From positions 310,001-374,000 of the forward strand of contig CALSSD010000005.1 of NCBI GenBank assembly GCA_943788915.1: a stretch of DNA of 64,000 bases, written 5' to 3'. Of this stretch, positions 58,053-64,000 are shown piece by piece. The DNA is from an uncultured Acidimicrobiales bacterium. Lineage in GTDB: Bacteria; Actinomycetota; Acidimicrobiia; Acidimicrobiales; UBA10347. A program made the translations under genes and the position numbers. Under the pieces are notes generated by a model. It worked only from the letters and a program-made list of their open reading frames with translations. It was not told the origin of the DNA and ran no database searches. Every line of letters begins with the position of its first letter. Within the stretch, counting starts at the first letter, position 1.

Positions 58053-59330
58053 TCAGGTGGACTTGCCGGAACGGACGGAGGAATGACGCCAGCCAATATC
58101 GCCCCGAGCGAACAGGCCGTGGCCGGTGACTTGATCGACGAGCCGGTACACGCTGGACAAGGCCGTATCGAGGTCGGCACCCATCCCAGTCACAGCAAGC
58201 ACACGGCCGCCGCTTGAAACCAAGTGGCCATCGTCGTCACGGGTGGCACCGGCATAAAACGTGCACACGTCGTGGGTGCTGCCAAGATCGGGAACGGCCA
58301 CACCCTTGACGGGATCTGCCGGATATCCGTCTGCGCAGACAACCACTGTTGCTGCCACACCATCGCGCATCTCGACCGTGACCTGATCAAGGGTGCCATT
58401 CGCAGCAGCCGCGAATAACTCGAGGCCGTCGGATTCCAACATAGGGAGGATGACTTCGGCCTCGGGGTCCCCGAATCGACAGTTGTACTCGACCAGCTTG
58501 GGGCCGGTCGGCGTGAGCATGATGCCTGCGAACAAAACGCCGACGTACGGGGTGCCTGCAGCCGTCATGCCAGCGATCGCCGGTTCCAAGAACAGCGATG
58601 CCAGTTCAGCCTGGCGAGCCGCATCGATTCCTGGTACCGGGCTGAACGCTCCCATACCACCGGTGTTCGGGCCGGTGTCTCCCTCGCCAACTCGCTTGTG
58701 GTCTTGTGCGGTTGCCAGCGCGATCACTGTGGTGCCATCGCTGACGCCGAAGAGGCTCAGCTCTTCGCCAGCCATACGTTCCTCGAGCACGATGGTCGAA
58801 CCCGAAACCCCGAGCGCTCCCCCATCGATCATCGACGTGATCGCAGCGATGGTCTCCTCGCGGCTCTCGGGGATGACTACACCTTTGCCGGCCGCAAGGC
58901 CATCGGCCTTGACCACGACGTCGAAAGGTTGCTCGTCGAACCAGGCAATCGCGTCGTCTGTTGACGTGAAGGTCTTCGACGCCGGCGAGGGAATGCCACA
59001 CGACTCAGCGAACGCACGGGTAAATGACTTCGACCCTTCGAGTTGTGCTGCCGCTTGTGATGGCCCGAAACACGCGATGCCAGCACTGGCAAGCGCGTCG
59101 GCGATCCCAGCGACCAATGGTGCTTCGGGCCCGACTACGACCAGATCGATGCCGTTCGATTGGCAGTAGTTCACGACACCGTTGGTATCGGCCACGTCGA
59201 GGCGGATGTTCTGATCCTGAGTACCAGCATTGCCCGGAGCCACAGCCAGTGAGGTCAGCATGTCGCTGCGCAGGATGACCTGCGCAAGCGCGTGTTCGCG
59301 TCCGCCCGATCCAATCAGCAGAACCTTCAT
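58053..59330 (-). CDS. purD: Phosphoribosylamine--glycine ligase
   Basis: GSGGREHA, GPEAPL, LEGSK, KADGLAAGKGV, QDHKR, NTGGMG, EYNCRFGDPE, GGRV. Confidence 0.97.
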   Translation of the reverse strand: MKVLLIGSGGREHALAQVILRSDMLTSLAVAPGNAGTQDQNIRLDVADTNGVVNYCQSNGIDLVVVGPEAPLVAGIADALASAGIACFGPSQAAAQLEGSKSFTRAFAESCGIPSPASKTFTSTDDAIAWFDEQPFDVVVKADGLAAGKGVVIPESREETIAAITSMIDGGALGVSGSTIVLEERMAGEELSLFGVSDGTTVIALATAQDHKRVGEGDTGPNTGGMGAFSPVPGIDAARQAELASLFLEPAIAGMTAAGTPYVGVLFAGIMLTPTGPKLVEYNCRFGDPEAEVILPMLESDGLELFAAAANGTLDQVTVEMRDGVAATVVVCADGYPADPVKGVAVPDLGSTHDVCTFYAGATRDDDGHLVSSGGRVLAVTGMGADLDTALSSVYRLVDQVTGHGLFARGDIGWRHSSVRSGKST

Positions 59331-59373
59331 CGCTCACCCACCTGGATCCTGCTCGGCATCTCGGAACGCATGA

Positions 59374-60807
59374 CTACGCCAGTACGCCGTCGAAGCGTTT
59401 CTTGGAAGTCGTCGGCAGTTGCAGTTGCACAGGGATCGGGTAGTCGCCCGTGAAACAGGCGTTGCAGTAACCGTCTTGGCGGCCCAAGGCTTCCATCATG
59501 ACGGGCACGCTCAGGTAACCAAGCGAGTCTGCACCGATATGGGCTGCGATCTCGTCGACGCTCAGGTGATGAGCGATCAGCTCCTCGTGGGTACCCATGT
59601 CGACACCAAAGAAACACGGATGGGCAATGGGCGGGCATGTCACACGCATGTGCACTTCGAGCGCCCCAGCCTCGCGGATCATTCTCACCAGAGGCCCGCT
59701 GGTCGTACCTCGCACGATCGAATCGTCGACCACGACGACCCGCTTGCCCTCGATGTTTTCGCGGAGCGTGTTGAACTTGAGCGCCACACCCTGGCGGCGA
59801 AGTTCATCGGTCGGTTCAATAAAGGTACGACCGATGTAGCGGTTCTTCACGAAACCCTCGTTGTACGGGATTCCGCTGTAGGCGGCGTAGCCAATGGCGG
59901 CTGGCAGCGAGCTATCAGGTACTGGGATCACTACGTCGGCTTCGACCGGGTGCTCAGCTGCCACCGCAGCGCCGAAACGCTGTCGCACCTGGTGGATCGA
60001 CATGTCATCCCAGATGGCGTCGGGGCGGCTGAAGTAGATCTGCTCGAACGTGCATCGGGCTTGCCGTGGCGCGGGGTCCAGGCCTTTTATGCTGCGAGCC
60101 ATCTGACCCTGCAGCACAACAATTTCGCCGGGTTCCACCTCGCGAATATTGTCGCAGCCAAGCGTGCGCAGTGCACCTGTCTCTGAGGCGAGCGCATGCC
60201 CGCCGTTTGGCAGGCGGCCCATAGAAAGCGGACGGAATCCCCACGGATCTCTGCAGCCGATGACCTTGGTGCCGCTGAGGATTACCAGGCTGAAGGCGCC
60301 CTGCCACTGGCCCATAACCTGCGATAGTCGATGTTCCCAGGTGTCGCCTTCGGTGGCGGCCAGCATGAGTGCGAGTACTTCGGAGTCGCTGGAACTGGAC
60401 AGTCCTGCGCCTCGTTTGAGTAGGCCTTCGCGCAGCTTGTCTGCGTTGACCAGGTTGCCGTTGTGGGCAATACCGAGAGGGCCGTGCATGGTCTCGACCA
60501 CGTACGGCTGCACGTTACGTTCGGAGCTCGAACCGGTCGTGGAGTAGCGGGTGTGGCCAATAGCCAGACCTCCCACCAGCGGATCTAACGTGGCCGCGTC
60601 GAACACCTGCGACACCAGGCCCATGTCCTTGTGGACCCGCACTGCCTGCCCGTCGGCAACCGCGATTCCGGCAGCTTCTTGGCCCCGGTGCTGCAGCGCG
60701 TAGATGCCGAAGAAGGCGAGCTGGGCAGCATCGACACCAGGTGTCGAGATACCGATGACCCCGCACTCTTCTTTGGGCGAATCGAGTTCAGGGTCGACAT
60801 AGTTCAT
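59374..60807 (-). CDS. purF: Amidophosphoribosyltransferase
   Basis: EECG, LQHRGQE, GH.RYST, HNGN, VPDS, GRTFI, VDDSIVRGTT, C.ACF.G.YP. Confidence 0.97.
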   Translation of the reverse strand: MNYVDPELDSPKEECGVIGISTPGVDAAQLAFFGIYALQHRGQEAAGIAVADGQAVRVHKDMGLVSQVFDAATLDPLVGGLAIGHTRYSTTGSSSERNVQPYVVETMHGPLGIAHNGNLVNADKLREGLLKRGAGLSSSSDSEVLALMLAATEGDTWEHRLSQVMGQWQGAFSLVILSGTKVIGCRDPWGFRPLSMGRLPNGGHALASETGALRTLGCDNIREVEPGEIVVLQGQMARSIKGLDPAPRQARCTFEQIYFSRPDAIWDDMSIHQVRQRFGAAVAAEHPVEADVVIPVPDSSLPAAIGYAAYSGIPYNEGFVKNRYIGRTFIEPTDELRRQGVALKFNTLRENIEGKRVVVVDDSIVRGTTSGPLVRMIREAGALEVHMRVTCPPIAHPCFFGVDMGTHEELIAHHLSVDEIAAHIGADSLGYLSVPVMMEALGRQDGYCNACFTGDYPIPVQLQLPTTSKKRFDGVLA

Positions 60808-60832
60808 ATCGCTACATTTCCAGTACACATGG

Positions 60833-61598
60833 CTAGCTCCTGACCGCAGCAACGGCGGCGTTGAACATGGGTAGTGCTTGGCCACCTACACGGCGGCCAC
60901 GAAGAATGTCTTGACGGGGCCAGATGTGGTTCTCGGGGTGTGGCATGAGCCCCAAGATCCGGCCCGTCGGGTCGGTGATACCGGCTACGTCGCCGGCTGA
61001 ACCATTCGGGTTCGCTGGGTACGCGCCATTGGCGACCTCACCGGTCACCGGATCGGCATACCTGAATGCCACGCCGCTGCGGTCGCTCGACAGCGGCGAG
61101 ATCGGCTGCCACGAAACGACCCTCGGCATGGGCCACCGGGCACCGAATCGGCTCGTTCACTCCGGACAACCAGACAGAGTCGTTTCCGGCTTCGGGCAAC
61201 AACGTGACCCAGCGACATTCAAACGTGCCGCTTTGGTTGTCTGTCAGCACCCCTCGGTTGTCTGCTTCGCCGGGAAGCAGGCCCGCCGACACGATGGCTT
61301 GGAAACCGTTGCACACGCCAAGCATGGGCATCTCGCGATCATGGGCTTCGCGCAACTGGTCGCCAAACCAGCCGATCAGGTCAAGACCGAACAGCCGGCC
61401 TGCACCGAGTGCATCGCCGTAGGAAAATCCGCCAGGCACGGCAAGGATCTGGAAGTCGGTCAGCTTGGCTTCGCCTTGGCGTAGGGCCTGGAGCGGCATG
61501 CGGGTGGCTTCGGCACCGGCCGCTTCGAACGCGTCGGCGAGATCGCCATCTCGGTTCGTACCCAACGCAACCGGAATCAGGACCTTGGGAGTGTTCAT
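60833..61598 (-). CDS. purQ: FGAM synthase glutaminase subunit, split by a +1 frameshift near 61085
   Basis: [25 protein letters not shown] in one frame; FRY..YP.NPNGS..GLMPHPE in the next. Confidence 0.92.
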
Positions 61599-61624
61599 GC
61601 CAGCCCTCTCATCGTGCCATCAAG

Positions 61625-61675
61625 ACGTTTCTGAACCGATCGAGCGAAAGAGTCATCCACATGGTTCAGAAACGT
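61625..61675. repeat. Paired inverted repeat element (13-bp arms, 25-nt spacer)
   Basis: ACGTTTCTGAACC-N25-GGTTCAGAAACGT between purL and purQ; same geometry as 32633-32683. Confidence 0.8.
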
Positions 61676-61686
61676 GGGGGAAGCCA

Positions 61687-64000
61687 TCATGGTTGGGTCT
61701 TCCAGGCGGATTCGATTTCGTCGAGGTTCAGGGTGAGCGCACCGAGGCGCACGACATCGGAGTCCGTGACCTGGCCGATTGAGGTCGCGCTGGGGACGAG
61801 GGCTGCGAAACGTGCAGTGTTCTCGGGAGCAACTTCGACCAGATAACGACCGGGACCTTCGCCAAAGAGTGTGGCATCGTCGGACGCCAGATCGAGGTCG
61901 AGTCCGAGGCGGCCAGCAAAGGCCCATTCGCTGGCCGCGACGGCGATGCCACCTTCGCTTGGGTCATGGGCCGAGGCTACAAAGCCAGCAGCTATCGCCC
62001 CGGCAAGTTGACGGTGGCGCTCGATCGCGGTTTCGTCGGGCTGCGGGACTTCACCGCCACGACCGCCCGCGAAATACACGAGGTCGAGATGTGAGCCACC
62101 AAGAGCGCCCTGCGCTGGGCCGATCAGGAACACATGGTTACCCGGTGAAACGAGTCCGGTGAGCGGGATGTTGTCGACCTGTTTGGCAATACCCACCGCA
62201 GTGATAACCAAAGTCGGGGCTACCGAATCGGCCGTGCCGTCGGGGTGCACGAACACGTTGTACAGACTGTCTTTACCGCTCACAAATGGTGCGTTGTAGT
62301 TGATGGCGGCGTCGTAACAGCCCTTGCACGCAGCGACCAGTTGGCCGAGCGTTTCAGGATTGTTTGGATTGCCAAAAGCGAAATTGTCGAGTAGCGACAG
62401 TTCATCGGGGTCAGCCCCGGCGATCACTGCGTTGCGGACCGCTTCGTCGGCCACATGCCATGCCATTGCATACGCATCGTGGTCGCCAATGAGGGCATTG
62501 ATACCGATGCCGATCGCCATGGCACGTTCGCCGCTGGTTCCGACAGGTATCGATGCTGCGCCATTGCCAGCGCCATCACCATGAGGCCCGCCATAGGGGC
62601 GCACCATCGTGCCTCCCATGACTTCGTGGTCATAGGTGCGGATGGTGGCTTCTTTCGACGCAATGGTCGGATGGGCCAGCAACGCAAGCGTCGCTGCCTT
62701 GGCATCGACAGGATCGCCGGAACGGGGAGCGCTACCAGCGGGCTGCTGGTAGGCAGTCAAGTGGTGACGGGGACAACCGTCGTGCAAGAACGTGCAGTCG
62801 AGATCCACGATGGGTTCGCCATCTTGGCGAACAACGAGTCGACCATCACCGGTGAAGGTTCCGACGACCGACGAGTCGACGCCCCACCGGGTGGCCAGTT
62901 CAAGAATGGGTGCAGGATCAGCAGCGGCGAGCACCATGCGTTCTTGTGCTTCGCTCAGCCAGGTTTCCCAGCCGGCCAGACCCTGATATTTGCGGGGCAC
63001 CGAGTCGAGATCGACGTCGGCCCCAAGCACACTGGCCATCTCCCCGATCGACGAACTCAGGCCGCCAGCACCGCAGTCGGTGATCGCGGTGTACAAGCCA
63101 GCATCGCGAGCGGCCATGACAACGTCGATCAGGCCCTTCTCGACGATGGGGTCGCCGATCTGCACCGAACTGCCAGCAACATCGGCAGTCTCGGCTTGCA
63201 TGGTTTGCGAAGAGAAGGTGGCACCGCCGACGCCATCGCGTCCGACGGCACCACCAAGTACGACGATCGAATCACCAGGTTGCGGATTCGTGGGATGCGA
63301 GCCGACGGGCAGTACGCCCACGCATCCGGCGAACACCAGTGGCGTCGTCGTATAGGCCGGGTCATAGACCATGGCGCCACCGACGTTTGGAACGCCGATC
63401 TTGTTGCCGTAGTCGCCGACACCGGCAATGACCCCATCCCGGATACGGCGTGGGTGCAGCACGCCATCGGGTAATTCGGCTGGGTCAAGATCTGGTGGAC
63501 CGAAACAGAGAATGTCGGTAATCGCGATCGGTTTGGCCGACACACCAATGATGTCGCGCACCACGCCGCCAACACCGGTGTTGGCACCGCCGAACGGCTC
63601 GAGTGCCGACGGATGGTTGTGCGTTTCGGCCTTAAGCGCAATGTCGAACTCGTCGTCGAACCGAACCAGACCAGCATTATCGACGAAGGCGCTGTGTACC
63701 CACGGAGCATCAATTTTGTTCGTCGCAGCTCGCAGGAACTGATTCAACAAACCATCGACCTGTTCGACGACTTCGCCGGCCTCGTTCGTGACATCAATCG
63801 TGGCGCTGAAGGTTTTGTGGGCGCAGTGTTCGCTCCACGTCTGGGCGATGGTCTCGATCTCGGCGTCGGTTGGGTTGCGCCCGATAGCTGCGAAGTGTGC
63901 GCGCACTGCTTGCATCTCGACCAGGTTCAGGCCCAGTCGACGACCATCGGTTATCGCCTGCAGATCATCATCGGATACATCGACGACGGCGAGAATCTCG
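61687..64000 (-). CDS. purL: FGAM synthase synthetase subunit (5' end outside window)
   Basis: WSEHC.HK, ETHNHPSA.EPFGGANTG.GG, D.GAGG, SEAQERM, YDHEV, SGKDSL.N, D.SEGG. Confidence 0.96.
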   Translation of the reverse strand, partial: EILAVVDVSDDDLQAITDGRRLGLNLVEMQAVRAHFAAIGRNPTDAEIETIAQTWSEHCAHKTFSATIDVTNEAGEVVEQVDGLLNQFLRAATNKIDAPWVHSAFVDNAGLVRFDDEFDIALKAETHNHPSALEPFGGANTGVGGVVRDIIGVSAKPIAITDILCFGPPDLDPAELPDGVLHPRRIRDGVIAGVGDYGNKIGVPNVGGAMVYDPAYTTTPLVFAGCVGVLPVGSHPTNPQPGDSIVVLGGAVGRDGVGGATFSSQTMQAETADVAGSSVQIGDPIVEKGLIDVVMAARDAGLYTAITDCGAGGLSSSIGEMASVLGADVDLDSVPRKYQGLAGWETWLSEAQERMVLAAADPAPILELATRWGVDSSVVGTFTGDGRLVVRQDGEPIVDLDCTFLHDGCPRHHLTAYQQPAGSAPRSGDPVDAKAATLALLAHPTIASKEATIRTYDHEVMGGTMVRPYGGPHGDGAGNGAASIPVGTSGERAMAIGIGINALIGDHDAYAMAWHVADEAVRNAVIAGADPDELSLLDNFAFGNPNNPETLGQLVAACKGCYDAAINYNAPFVSGKDSLYNVFVHPDGTADSVAPTLVITAVGIAKQVDNIPLTGLVSPGNHVFLIGPAQGALGGSHLDLVYFAGGRGGEVPQPDETAIERHRQLAGAIAAGFVASAHDPSEGGIAVAASEWAFAGRLGLDLDLASDDATLFGEGPGRYLVEVAPENTARFAALVPSATSIGQVTDSDVVRLGALTLNLDEIESAWKTQP

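Overview
GC-rich actinobacterial chromosome segment, most consistent with Acidimicrobiia (inferred from mycofactocin genes, clpS-DUF2017, the Glu/Asp/Phe tRNA cluster and pervasive leaderless TAnnnT starts). It is mostly core genome: serS, a caa3-type cytochrome c oxidase operon with ctaB/ctaG and a separate ctaA, zwf-gnd, degV-plsY-dedA, three tRNAs, selO-msrB-msrA, a rearranged mycofactocin cluster (mftF/ABC/E/D) with an Rxyl_3153-type alcohol dehydrogenase nearby, galM, azlCD, a GGDEF-EAL protein and purL-Q-F-D-M-N. Three features stand out. (1) A second, intact set of heme-copper oxidase subunit I, III and CtaF-like genes sits at the head of the oxidase operon, and its subunit I has lost all six metal-ligating histidines, suggesting a cofactor-less pseudo-oxidase module. 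(2) A G_GGA_AAA slippery site plus hairpin could fuse a MoxR AAA+ ATPase to a VWA domain by -1 ribosomal frameshifting. (3) A GrdB/PrdB-like selenoprotein has an in-frame UGA, a SECIS-like hairpin and an unusual U-P-L-D motif. Several REP-like repeat families fill intergenic spaces. Four isolated +1 frameshifts (ctaC, a NUDIX gene, the EAL tail, purQ) probably reflect sequencing errors. No CRISPR array, prophage or transposase was seen.
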